NCBI GenBank assembly: GCA_963745475.1 | Contig: CAVUXN010000004.1 | Span: forward strand, 96,001 to 160,000 | Length of the DNA: 64,000 nucleotides | From: an uncultured delta proteobacterium | GTDB taxonomy: Bacteria > Myxococcota > Myxococcia > Myxococcales > Myxococcaceae | Direction of reading: 5' to 3' | Part shown: positions 21,662 to 30,892 of the stretch, piece by piece | How positions within the stretch are numbered: position 1 is the stretch's first letter | Layout of the letters: each line of letters opens with the position of its first letter | Translations under genes and position numbers: made by a program | The notes under the pieces: model-generated | Told to the model about the DNA's origin: nothing | What the model saw: only the letters and a program-made list of their open reading frames with translations | The model's database searches: none

Positions 21662-23269
21662 GTGGCTACACCTGCCAGCGCTTTTGCCGCGCCGCTTGAG
21701 GTCCCTGAAGAACGACGCGTCATTTTTGCGTCTTCTCTCGGTACCGTATTCGAGTGGTACGACTTCTACATTTACGCGATTCTGACGCCCTTCCTGGCGC
21801 CTGTGTTTTTCCCGTCGGTCAACCCCACGGCAGCGGTGTTGGGAGCCTTCGGGGCCTACGCCGCTGGCTTTTTGGTGCGACCTTTCGGCGCGCTCGTCTT
21901 CGGCCGAGTCGGCGACATCATCGGCCGCAAATACACCTTCTTGGTCACCATCATCATCATGGGCCTCTCCACCGCTTTGGTTGGGCTTTTGCCGACCTAC
22001 GCCCAGGTGGGGATGTTAGCCCCGGGGTTGCTCATCATCCTGCGACTGGCCCAGGGCCTGGCACTCGGTGGCGAGTACGGCGGAGCGGCAACCTATGTGG
22101 CCGAGCACTCTCCGGACTCAAAGCGCGGCTACAACACGAGTTTCATCCAAACCACGGCCACCTTGGGCCTACTGCTCGCGTTGGTGGTCATTTACGCCTG
22201 CCGAAAAGGAATCTCGGCCGACGAGTTCAAGTCCATCGGTTGGCGCATCCCCTTCCTCTGCTCCATCGTCTTGTTGGTCATCTCGGTCTACATCCGGCTT
22301 CGCCTGCAGGAATCGCCGGTTTTCATGAAGATGAAGTCCGAAGGAAAGGGCTCGAAAGCGCCTCTCAGCGAGAGCTTCGCGCGGTGGGGGAATGCGAAAA
22401 TCGTCCTTCTCGCGCTTTTCGGAGCGACCGCGGGCCAAGGGGTCGTCTGGTACACCGGACAGTTCTACGCGCTCTTCTTCCTCGGCGCGACGCTGAAGGT
22501 CGAGTGGAGCACGGTGTACTTCCTCATTGCGCTCTCGCTCATCATCGCCACCCCCTTCTTTCTCGTCTTTGGGTGGCTCTCGGACCGAATCGGTAGGAAA
22601 TGGATCATGATGGCGGGCTGCTTCCTCGCCGTCTTCACCTACATACCCATCTTTCATGGGCTGACCCACTATGCCAATCCGGCGCTCGAGCGCTTCAACG
22701 AACGGACGACCATTACCCTCACCGCAAGCGACTGTCAGATACACCTCTTGCCGCTGCCAAACACCGTCTACAGCCCTTGCGACAAGGTGCGGAGCCAGCT
22801 GACGAGTCGAAGCCTGACCTACACCAACATCGAAGGCACGCCGGGTGCCGCTCCGATTCTTAAAATTAACGACCAGGAGATTGTGGGCGTGGACGAGGCG
22901 AAGCTGAAAACCATTCTCGCTGGTCTCCAATACCCGACGTCGGCCAACGCCGCCGAGATTAACTTCGGGATGGTCTTGCTCCTCCTCGTCATCCTCGTCA
23001 TCTACGTCACCATGGTCTATGGCCCCATCGCGGCATTCTTGGTGGAGCTGTTCCCCACGCGCATCCGCTACACGTCGATGTCCTTGCCGTACCACATCGG
23101 CAACGGCTGGTTTGGAGGCATGCTCCCACTCACCGCGACGGCGTTGGTCGCCGCTAAGGGCCACATCTACTATGGCCTTTGGTACCCAATCATCGTCGCC
23201 GCAATGACGTTCGTCATCGGGTCACTCTTCATTAAAGAGACGAAGGACCACAAGATTTCCACTGTCTAA
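21662..23269 (+). CDS. MFS transporter, metabolite:H+ symporter (MHS) family
   Basis: GTVFEWYDF, GDIIGRK, GGEYGGA, ELFPTRIRY; AGGAGG RBS before GTG 21662. Confidence 0.93.
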   Translation: MATPASAFAAPLEVPEERRVIFASSLGTVFEWYDFYIYAILTPFLAPVFFPSVNPTAAVLGAFGAYAAGFLVRPFGALVFGRVGDIIGRKYTFLVTIIIMGLSTALVGLLPTYAQVGMLAPGLLIILRLAQGLALGGEYGGAATYVAEHSPDSKRGYNTSFIQTTATLGLLLALVVIYACRKGISADEFKSIGWRIPFLCSIVLLVISVYIRLRLQESPVFMKMKSEGKGSKAPLSESFARWGNAKIVLLALFGATAGQGVVWYTGQFYALFFLGATLKVEWSTVYFLIALSLIIATPFFLVFGWLSDRIGRKWIMMAGCFLAVFTYIPIFHGLTHYANPALERFNERTTITLTASDCQIHLLPLPNTVYSPCDKVRSQLTSRSLTYTNIEGTPGAAPILKINDQEIVGVDEAKLKTILAGLQYPTSANAAEINFGMVLLLLVILVIYVTMVYGPIAAFLVELFPTRIRYTSMSLPYHIGNGWFGGMLPLTATALVAAKGHIYYGLWYPIIVAAMTFVIGSLFIKETKDHKISTV

Positions 23270-23310
23270 AGGCTCCGCGGCCAAGGCGGCCGCTGGGCTG
23301 GAGCGTTTTC

Positions 23311-23348
23311 GAGGGGCTCGTCCGTTTTGGCGAGCCCTTCGTGCTTTT
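23311..23348 (+). terminator. Possible intrinsic terminator after the MFS gene
   Basis: GAGGGGCTCG...CGAGCCCTTC hairpin with a weak T-tract. Confidence 0.45.
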
Positions 23349-23417
23349 GGGGACAACGCTCGGAAGCTGCGGCTGTACGGGCCTTTGGCAAATGGAGGGC
23401 AGTCTCGCAAGTTTCTC

Positions 23418-24380
23418 ATGGTCAAGGCGCTCATTACGGTTCTCGCAGTTCTGTGCCTCTTGCCAAGCCTCCCGGTGGTTGGCTGGCACGCCGTGCCGAC
23501 CTGGAGTTCGCTGCTCGCCGGCGTTGCGGTGACGCTCCTCTTTGGAAACCCCTGGGCGTCGAGGACGAAGGGACTCACGCCGCAGCTTTTGTCGACGTCC
23601 GTCATGGGCCTTGGAGCGGCGATGAACCTGCGGACGGTGGCGCTGGTGGGCCTTCAGGGCTTGGGCTACACGCTGGTGGGGATTTCGGCCACGCTGGGCG
23701 TGGGGGCGCTCCTCGGCGGGTTTCTCCGTGTCCGTCGTGCGACTGGGACGCTGGTCAGCGTCGGAACGGCCATCTGCGGCGGGAGCGCCATCGCCGCCGC
23801 GGCACCGGTAATTGGCGCCGACGCGGAGGAGACAAGCGCGGCGCTGGGGATTGTTTTCCTCCTCAACGCAACCGCCCTCCTCCTCTTCCCGGCCATTGGC
23901 CACCATTTTTCCCTCACCCAGCACGCTTTCGGGCTGTGGGCCGCACTTGCCATCCACGACACCTCTAGCGTCGTCGGCGCCGCCGCGACGTATGGGCCGG
24001 ACGCTCTGGTGGTGGCCACCACCACCAAGCTCGTCCGCGCCCTGTGGATTGTGCCGGTGACGCTGGCACTCGGGGCGTGGGTGGCGCGCCCGGCGGTCGA
24101 GTCGACGGAAAAGCCTAAGGCCAAGCGGCCCTGGTTCATCCTCGGCTTTCTGGCCGCAGCGGCGCTCGTCAGCTTCGTCCCAGCGCTCCAGCCTGCCGGC
24201 AAGTTTGTCGCTGCGCTCGCCCAGCGTTTGCTCGTCCTCACCCTCTTTTTGCTTGGACTCGGGCTGTCGCGCACCGCGCTGGCCCGCGTGGGCGCTCGCC
24301 CTTTCCTCATGGGCGTCGTCCTCTGGGTGCTCGTGGCGAGCGGGACGCTGGCCGCGCTCCTCCTCGGGTGGATTCGCTGA
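23418..24380 (+). CDS. YeiH/UPF0324 putative sulfate exporter family membrane protein
   Basis: GTAICGGSAI, IHDTSSV, KLVRALWI, PWFILGF. Confidence 0.9.
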   Translation: MVKALITVLAVLCLLPSLPVVGWHAVPTWSSLLAGVAVTLLFGNPWASRTKGLTPQLLSTSVMGLGAAMNLRTVALVGLQGLGYTLVGISATLGVGALLGGFLRVRRATGTLVSVGTAICGGSAIAAAAPVIGADAEETSAALGIVFLLNATALLLFPAIGHHFSLTQHAFGLWAALAIHDTSSVVGAAATYGPDALVVATTTKLVRALWIVPVTLALGAWVARPAVESTEKPKAKRPWFILGFLAAAALVSFVPALQPAGKFVAALAQRLLVLTLFLLGLGLSRTALARVGARPFLMGVVLWVLVASGTLAALLLGWIR

Positions 24381-24481
24381 CGCGGGGCGCGTCTCTTCAG
24401 GCGTCTTGTTTTCACAGACTGCAGGACGCGTCCGTTTGGTCCGGCCCAGCGTCCTGCTGCTAAGCTGCCGCTTGAAGCGTG

Positions 24482-26239
24482 ATGGTCCTCGACTCGGGCG
24501 AAGACGAGTACACAAGGAAGCGCTTCGCGTTCCACGCGGCTCCGGTGGTGCTCGCCGCCTTGCTGGCGCTGGCCGCATTTTTCTGGCTTTCGCTGGCGCT
24601 CGCGCAAGTGCCGAACCGGCAAGCCTTCAACTGGGATTCGGCCCGCCGCGCCATGCTCGACGTCGGGGCGGCGGACACGCTGCGTGCCTGGAACGCCTGG
24701 GGCTTCCTGGGCTTTGTCGCGGGTCCAGAGACGTGGCCCACATTTCGCCTTCTCCTCGCGGCCCCGTTGCACGTTCTCGGTGGGCCGGCGAATGCACTCG
24801 CCGTCGAGACCGGGCTTTCCCTCGCCTTCACCGCCTGCCTCTTCCTCTTCCTGGGCTTTGCCTCCCGGCGAATGGCTCCGCGAGCGCTGCAGCCGCTGCT
24901 CGTCCTCGGCATCTCTTCGGCAGCGTTGATGGGAGCGCGCGCACTCTACGTCCATGCCGCCAACGGGATGCTCGAAGTCCCGTCCGCTCTCCTGACGCTG
25001 GGCGCCACCACCGCCTGGCTGGCGGCCAGGGAGGAGCGCCTGAAGCGGCCGTGGGGGCTGGCCCTGTTGGGAAACCTGCTGTTTCACGTGCGGTGGCAGC
25101 ACGGCCTTATTTTTGCCGCCGCCGTTCTTCTGACTGAAGTCGGGGGCCAGCACGCCGTAGGCTGCGCGCGGAGTGTTTCCCTGGCGTTGCTGCGAGGCGC
25201 ACGCAGCCGGACGGGGATGGCGCTTCTCGGTGTGGCGGCGTTCCTCGGGGTCCTCTGCCTCTGGGTTCAGGCAACGGGCGGCGGCACGGTGCTTGACGGC
25301 CGGCTCAGCGTGCGGAGCGTGGATGGGCCGCTGGCCATGGCCTGCCTTTCGTTGTTTGGCTATTGCGAGCTCGCGCTGTGGCGAGGGCGCTTCGAGCTGG
25401 CGCAGCTGCCACAGCGCGTGAGGTTCCTCTGGGCGTGGCTGTTGAGCCCCATGATGCTGTGGCTGCTCATCCCCTTCACTTGGCGTCTGCGGACGCTGGG
25501 CCGAATCAGCGCCTATGACATGCGGCCGCCGCCCGAGGGCGTCGTGGCGCGGCTCCGCTTTTACCCGCAGGCCGCCTGGGAGAGCTGGTTTCCTACCAGC
25601 ACGCGCTGGCTCCTCGCACTCCTGCTGGTGGCGACGCTCGTCGCGGCCTGGCGCTCGAGGGAGGTGCGTCAAAGGCTACTTCCCATCGGCGCGGTGTGCG
25701 GACTGGAGCTTCTGGCGTTGCTGTTGCTCAGCCGGCGCAACTACCAGGAGCGCTTTCTTCTCAACCTCCTTCCTCTCGTCGCACTCAGCGCGGCGGCGTG
25801 GGTGCCGGCGGTCCACCCTGGCGCGCTTCGGGGTGCACTGGCGTGCAGCGCCACACTTCTCCTCGCGCTCGCCGTCGGCCCCTCTTGGTCCAGGCCAGCG
25901 CTGGCCACAACGCTCTCCGAGGGCTTCGTGGACGCTGAGACTGGAGACGCCTGCCGGGCGCTGGCGCAAGCGCTTCCCATCAACAGCGGCGTGCTTCTCA
26001 ACGAGACGTCGCTCAGCCGGCGGCAAGCCTGTGCGATGTGGGTGACGTTTGTGGCACGCGAGCGGGGAGCGGACGTCGACGTCCGCGCGGTGCGGCCGCG
26101 CGCCCAGTGGAAGGAGGCGCTCTTGCTGACGGAGCGCTGCGAGGCGCTCCAGGCGCCGGAGGGCCTTCTCGCAGAGGGGCCCCCGGTGTGGGCGGGCCCC
26201 CTGTGCGGTCAGCGCTTTCGCCTGAAGGAGAGGCCCTGA
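24482..26239 (+). CDS. Polytopic membrane protein, possibly GT-C glycosyltransferase-like
   Basis: Many TM segments; WD, MLE and ERF positions resemble GT-C folds; function not certain. Confidence 0.55.
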   Translation: MVLDSGEDEYTRKRFAFHAAPVVLAALLALAAFFWLSLALAQVPNRQAFNWDSARRAMLDVGAADTLRAWNAWGFLGFVAGPETWPTFRLLLAAPLHVLGGPANALAVETGLSLAFTACLFLFLGFASRRMAPRALQPLLVLGISSAALMGARALYVHAANGMLEVPSALLTLGATTAWLAAREERLKRPWGLALLGNLLFHVRWQHGLIFAAAVLLTEVGGQHAVGCARSVSLALLRGARSRTGMALLGVAAFLGVLCLWVQATGGGTVLDGRLSVRSVDGPLAMACLSLFGYCELALWRGRFELAQLPQRVRFLWAWLLSPMMLWLLIPFTWRLRTLGRISAYDMRPPPEGVVARLRFYPQAAWESWFPTSTRWLLALLLVATLVAAWRSREVRQRLLPIGAVCGLELLALLLLSRRNYQERFLLNLLPLVALSAAAWVPAVHPGALRGALACSATLLLALAVGPSWSRPALATTLSEGFVDAETGDACRALAQALPINSGVLLNETSLSRRQACAMWVTFVARERGADVDVRAVRPRAQWKEALLLTERCEALQAPEGLLAEGPPVWAGPLCGQRFRLKERP

Positions 26240-26260
26240 GCGGGGACGGGCCCCCGCGCG

Positions 26261-26785
26261 TCAGGAGACGTCGAGGACGCGGAGGCTGTCCAACTGCCGA
26301 ATGGACCGCGCCGGCTCACCGTCCGTGAGGACCACCAAGCGCAAGGGGCCCACCTCCGGGCCCAGCGGCTTTCCGTCCACCTGCCAGACGACGAACGCAG
26401 CCGTAGTCCCCATCCCTTCCATCACCTCGGCGCAGCTGAAGACGGCCTGGAAACCGTCCCGCGCGGTGGCCACCAGGACTTCTCGGTAGCCCTTCACCTT
26501 GTCCTTGACTGGGACGTCCTTGCCCATAGGCCCAGGGGTAAAGCCCGCGTGCAGCAGGACTTTATCCAGCCGGACGCCGGTGACTCGGTGGGTTTGCCCG
26601 TGGCTCATCCAGCCAACGGTGGTCGACCCGAGCTTCTCCAGCTCTACCTGGCTCAGCGTCCCCGGCTGCGGCAGGGCGCCTTCGACGCGAAGCGTGGACG
26701 CCGGCGCCGCGGCCCAGGCCAACGCCGGAGAGAAGGTCAGGAGGACGCCCAACGAAAGCCGTGCCCCCCGGTGCTTATTTTGCAA
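26261..26785 (-). CDS. Exported molybdopterin-oxidoreductase (sulfite oxidase fold)-like domain protein
   Basis: Signal peptide ending AWA; GVRLDKVL, ARDGF, GPLRLVV; TTG start overlaps the molbindin gene. Confidence 0.75.
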   Translation of the reverse strand: MQNKHRGARLSLGVLLTFSPALAWAAAPASTLRVEGALPQPGTLSQVELEKLGSTTVGWMSHGQTHRVTGVRLDKVLLHAGFTPGPMGKDVPVKDKVKGYREVLVATARDGFQAVFSCAEVMEGMGTTAAFVVWQVDGKPLGPEVGPLRLVVLTDGEPARSIRQLDSLRVLDVS

Positions 26786-26978
26786 CGAGAACCTCGCTCG
26801 CTTTGATGACCACCGTTACTGCGTCCCCGGTTTTGAGGCCCAGCTTTTCAGCCGACCCGCGGGTGATGGTGGAAACGAGCTCGTGGCCGCCGATGTCCAC
26901 CGTCACTTCGGCCATCAGCCCGTCGGTCTTGACCGACTTCACTTTGCCTTTGAGTTGGTTGCGCGCGCTGAGTTGCAT
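26775..26978 (-). CDS. Molbindin (Mop/TOBE domain) molybdate-binding protein
   Basis: SARNQLKG, SxIT, IKAS motifs; AGGAGG RBS. Confidence 0.93.
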   Translation of the reverse strand: MQLSARNQLKGKVKSVKTDGLMAEVTVDIGGHELVSTITRGSAEKLGLKTGDAVTVVIKASEVLVAK

Positions 26979-27045
26979 CTTCGACCTCCTAGGTTTGGGT
27001 TTGTGGCCGCCACCCACTTGAGCCTCGCTGTAACAACCCGCGCCG

Positions 27046-28026
27046 CTAGAAATTCAAGATGTAGTTGAGTCGGTAGACCACCGAGTAAGAGGGATTGGTC
27101 GTCAGAGGAAAGTCGATGCCGAAGGTGACTGAGTTCTTCGGGAGAAACCAAAACCGGATTCCTGGGGTGATGCTGATGGTCGTTCCCGAAGCGGAGCCGT
27201 CGAGGTTGGTCACGCCAGCAAACTCTAGAAACGTCGTGAAGTTTCCGAGGACCGGCGTCTTCATCGGCGTCCAGGACTTGGCGAAGGACAGGACGTAGCT
27301 GATGTCGTTCAGCGTCGCGGTTGCTTTATGCGGCCCGAGGAGGTTCTCATACTGGAAGGAGTAGTAGAGGCCGAACTGCGTCAGCGCAGGAATCCACGCG
27401 GTGACGTCTTGCCATCCGGCGAGGACATACTGCATCGAGGTCGTCGTTTGGCCGATTCCTTTGTTGGGGGCAGAGACGCGGTACTGGAAGGCATAGGAGG
27501 CGGTCCGGGTATCAACCAGTTGAAAACGAAGCACGCCGGCCATCCCGGCGCCATTGGCGGTCGGGTACCCGGAGGGCGGCACATTCCATTGGTAGTTGCC
27601 GATGACCTCGACCATCAGGCGACGGTCGAGGCCATAGGCGATGAGGCTATTGAGCAGTTGGGAGTCAAGGACTTTGGGGTTGTTGTTGACGGCGGTGAAG
27701 ACGTAGTCGAGCCGGAACTCGCGTTCGAGAAAGTTGGTGGTGACCCGAAGCAGTGACATGTCCGGCGTTTCGCGGTGGCGGTGCGCCCAGGCTTGGTCCC
27801 ACCCTTCCGTGAAAAAGTTGAGAATCGTCAGGTCCGAAAGCTGGCGACGCTCCTCGCAGCTGTCGTGACATTCCGCGTAGGCCTCAGCATTGAGCGCCGC
27901 TGGAGGAGCCGAGGCGTGCCCGTCCGCAACCGCGGGCGGCGGAGATTCCTGGGCTGCAGCTGCAAAGGCCAGCAGCAACCACGAGCTAGCCAATGAACGA
28001 AACAGCGTTTCGTGCGCAGATGGCAT
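27046..28026 (-). CDS. Putative outer-membrane beta-barrel protein
   Basis: Signal peptide, alternating aromatic beta strands, C-terminal YRLNYILNF. Confidence 0.7.
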   Translation of the reverse strand: MPSAHETLFRSLASSWLLLAFAAAAQESPPPAVADGHASAPPAALNAEAYAECHDSCEERRQLSDLTILNFFTEGWDQAWAHRHRETPDMSLLRVTTNFLEREFRLDYVFTAVNNNPKVLDSQLLNSLIAYGLDRRLMVEVIGNYQWNVPPSGYPTANGAGMAGVLRFQLVDTRTASYAFQYRVSAPNKGIGQTTTSMQYVLAGWQDVTAWIPALTQFGLYYSFQYENLLGPHKATATLNDISYVLSFAKSWTPMKTPVLGNFTTFLEFAGVTNLDGSASGTTISITPGIRFWFLPKNSVTFGIDFPLTTNPSYSVVYRLNYILNF

Positions 28027-28081
28027 CCTCCCTCCCGGAGAAACGAAATTCGCAGGCTCAGTTCCGAGACCTGCCTGGGTC

Positions 28082-28146
28082 CTTTGATGACTAATGTTCC
28101 CTATAGCATCCTTAATGTAGAACTAAAGGTCCTTATGAGGCTCATG
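28082..28146. promoter_or_regulatory. AT-rich divergent promoter region with roughly 10-bp phased direct repeats
   Basis: CTAATG 28091, CTATAG 28101, TTAATG 28112, CTAAAG 28123, CTTATG 28132, CTCATG 28141. Confidence 0.5.
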
Positions 28147-28169
28147 GTTGCGGCCCACATGGAGACGAG

Positions 28170-29108
28170 GTGAAGCGCTCCCGAGGCCCGACTTCGGCGG
28201 GTGGCGCGGCCGCCCGTGCTGCATCTGAGGAGGAGACGCGCCAAGTCTCGGGGCTCCTCACCACCGCCGAGGTAGCGGACGTGCTCCGCGTGCACCCCAA
28301 ACACGTCTACCGTCTGTTGAAGAAGGGCCTTCCAGCGCGGCGGGTGGGGGCCGAATGGCGCTTCGACCGCGAGGACGTTCTCGTCTGGTCGGGGGGGAGT
28401 CCGGCCAGGCGAGGCGCACTCGGCCCGGTAACGCCCTCAAGTTCGGCCCCGCCGGCTTTCATCGCCGGCAACGGAGACCTCGCACTCATGTGTCTGCTTC
28501 GACTGAGTGCTGAGCGCGGACCGCCGCTCCTCGGCTTTGTTCAGGCAGACCGCGGTTCGAGCATCGAGCTACTGGCTCAAGGAGCCGTCATCGCGGCCGG
28601 GGCGCACGCCGGAGGCTTTCCCAGCCACGTCGGAACGGAGCGGGCGGCGCGAATTCATCTCGTCAAACGTGAAATCGGACTGCTCCATAGGAAAGGGGTA
28701 CAGCCTGTGCGCCTTGAGAACCTTTCCGGCAAGGCGCTGGCCTCCCGCCCACTCTCGGCGGGGGTGCGCGTACACCTCGACGCGGCTCTCCGTGCGGCAC
28801 GGGTCGACCCTGAGCTCGCTCACCAAGGTGCGCTGCTTTTGCCTTCCCATCTCGAGGTCGTTTTGGCTGTCGTTTCGGGTCGGGCCGAGGTTGGTCTCGC
28901 ATCCCGCGCTTGGGGCGAACGCGCCGGTCTTGCCTTTCAACCGTTGGCGATAGAGTCCTACGGGCTCATCGTCAAGGCATCCGACCTGGGCGACGTTCAC
29001 GTTGTGCGCATGTGCGAGCTCGCCCAAGGCGATGCCTTTCGAGCCGAGGTCGGTGGGATTCCAGGTTATGACGTGCGCGGCGCTGGAGACATCCGTTACG
29101 ACGGTTAG
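28170..29108 (+). CDS. Excisionase-type HTH plus PBP-like (molybdate-sensing) transcription regulator
   Basis: LLTTAEVADVLRVHPKHVYRL...WRF HTH; REIGL, SHLEV, ESYGL, PGYD PBP-like motifs. Confidence 0.85.
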   Translation: MKRSRGPTSAGGAAARAASEEETRQVSGLLTTAEVADVLRVHPKHVYRLLKKGLPARRVGAEWRFDREDVLVWSGGSPARRGALGPVTPSSSAPPAFIAGNGDLALMCLLRLSAERGPPLLGFVQADRGSSIELLAQGAVIAAGAHAGGFPSHVGTERAARIHLVKREIGLLHRKGVQPVRLENLSGKALASRPLSAGVRVHLDAALRAARVDPELAHQGALLLPSHLEVVLAVVSGRAEVGLASRAWGERAGLAFQPLAIESYGLIVKASDLGDVHVVRMCELAQGDAFRAEVGGIPGYDVRGAGDIRYDG

Positions 29109-29257
29109 CTCTTGGTGACCGGAGGGCAGCCACGGGTGCTGCTCAGAAGACGGTTTTACGTACTCCAGAGCCGCGCGACTTCCAATGCAGCCTCGGCAAC
29201 GCCCAAAGAACGGGCGGAACCAGCGCCGGTAGCCGGAATGACGGATGCACGAAGTGG

Positions 29258-30058
29258 CTACGGCTGGTTCGTCGAGGAGTGCTGTGGCGCGGAGAGCAAA
29301 ACCGGCGTCGACCCAGCACCGGACCCAAGAACGACCGTTTTGGCGTTACCCGACGCCGCGAGTTTTTCCAGCTGAAGAATGCGCTCGAATTCCAGGATGG
29401 GGGGCGTGAGGCTCTTTGCAACCGTGCGGTTGTAGTCCGCGATTCCCTCGGCCTCCACCCGCCGTTGGTCGGCGGTGGCCTTCGCAATCTTCAACTCGTA
29501 CTCCATCTTCAGGACTTCCTGCTCCGCGGCCAGCTTCTGGTCGATGGCGGTGCGAATGGCCGGCGGCAACTCGACGTTGCGGATGAGGACGGCCTCAATG
29601 ATGAGGTGCTTGCCGGCCGTTCTGCTCACCAGCTGTTCTCGGATTTCGCGCTCCACGACGTCCCGTTTCGTCGAGTAAATCTCCTCGGGAGAGTAACGGC
29701 CCACCACGCGGCGCGCGTCCGAGCGCAACAGGGGCTCGAGAATGACGTTGTAGTAGTCCGGACCAATCTCCTCTTGAAGGGCCACCACCTGGTCCGGCGC
29801 AATGCGGTAGCGAACCGTGGCCGCTAGGTTGAGGGACAGCCCGTTGGCGGCGATGACGTTGAGCGTCTCGTCGTTGCTCATCACGCGCATGTCGTAGACG
29901 TACATGTGGTTGGCAAACCAGACGGAGTACTGCCCCTCCCCGTAACTGTTGGGCTGCGTGCCCCCGTTGGCCTTCCAAAGCACACCGGCCGAGCCCGGCC
30001 CGACGGTGACACAGCTCGACAGTAACAAGAGGGCAACGACGAGAGCGAAGCGACTCAT
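29258..30058 (-). CDS. SPFH/prohibitin family lipoprotein
   Basis: LSSC lipobox; EEIYSTKR, AIDQKL, EAEGIA; ATGA overlap with the upstream SPFH gene. Confidence 0.9.
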   Translation of the reverse strand: MSRFALVVALLLLSSCVTVGPGSAGVLWKANGGTQPNSYGEGQYSVWFANHMYVYDMRVMSNDETLNVIAANGLSLNLAATVRYRIAPDQVVALQEEIGPDYYNVILEPLLRSDARRVVGRYSPEEIYSTKRDVVEREIREQLVSRTAGKHLIIEAVLIRNVELPPAIRTAIDQKLAAEQEVLKMEYELKIAKATADQRRVEAEGIADYNRTVAKSLTPPILEFERILQLEKLAASGNAKTVVLGSGAGSTPVLLSAPQHSSTNQP

Positions 30059-30888
30059 GGTGACACCTCCAAGACCGCGGGCGCACCGGCGGCCTCGACG
30101 ACAACGGACGATGAAGGGGCTCGCAGCAATCCATCCCAGGCCCGACGCCGTCGGTCCTCGAGCGTCTGCGGCGACAGCGAGGGAGCGATGGCCTCGAGTT
30201 GGTCGGCCAGGCCGCGCGCCTCTTCCAGCCGCGCGTCGGCTTTCTTGTGGGCAATTTCGAGGTCGCGGGGGGCAGTCAATAGCTTCTGCTCGAGCACCAG
30301 TGCGCGTCCAACCTGCATCTGCGCGAGCGGGGCCACCACCTGCAGCGTGCGCAGGTCCACCGACTCGAGAAGAACGTGGTAGGGCCGCAGCCGTGCCGCC
30401 GCGCGGCGCGTAATCTCCGCCTGCGCAATGAGGATGTGGTCCGAATCGAGCTCGTCGGCCGGGAGTCCGCCGACCACCAGCCGCACCGCAGCCTCGGCCT
30501 CAGGCCGGACAAGGACTTGGCCATAGTCCGGGCCTGTCTCGCGGGCCAAGGCCACCAACTCCTCCGGGACAATTCGGTAGGTCACCACCGAGGCCGACGC
30601 CTTCACCAGGCCCCCGTCGGACGTCAACGCGTTGAAGCGGACGGTGAGCTGCTGTTGGCGAAGGTCATACAACGTCACTGCGCCGAACCATGGGATGGAG
30701 GACACGCCTTCGGTCAGCGGTTCCGGCCGAACACCCGAGGGGCCGAGGACGACCGCGCCGTGTCCGGGAGGGACGGTCGCGCAACCCAAGGCGGCGACCG
30801 TCAACAGCTGCGCCAGCCCCCGCGGAGAGACCCGTCCGGCCCACGAGTGAAACGAGCTCCAGCGAAAAACGCAAAGCAGCACGACCAA
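30055..30888 (-). CDS. Divergent SPFH/prohibitin family lipoprotein
   Basis: LGC lipobox; paralogous blocks (VTYRI-P, GPDY, EARG) to the neighbour; start uncertain. Confidence 0.78.
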   Translation of the reverse strand: MVVLLCVFRWSSFHSWAGRVSPRGLAQLLTVAALGCATVPPGHGAVVLGPSGVRPEPLTEGVSSIPWFGAVTLYDLRQQQLTVRFNALTSDGGLVKASASVVTYRIVPEELVALARETGPDYGQVLVRPEAEAAVRLVVGGLPADELDSDHILIAQAEITRRAAARLRPYHVLLESVDLRTLQVVAPLAQMQVGRALVLEQKLLTAPRDLEIAHKKADARLEEARGLADQLEAIAPSLSPQTLEDRRRRAWDGLLRAPSSSVVVEAAGAPAVLEVSP

Positions 30889-30892
30889 CCTC

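Noticed and set aside
28027..28169. Moco riboswitch upstream of the Mo locus
   Set aside because: Only short fragments resemble the motif and I could not fold the multi-stem structure; a covariance-model search would settle it
28170..28400. Prophage excisionase
   Set aside because: The Xis-like HTH is fused to a PBP-like domain, so it is a regulator; no phage genes nearby
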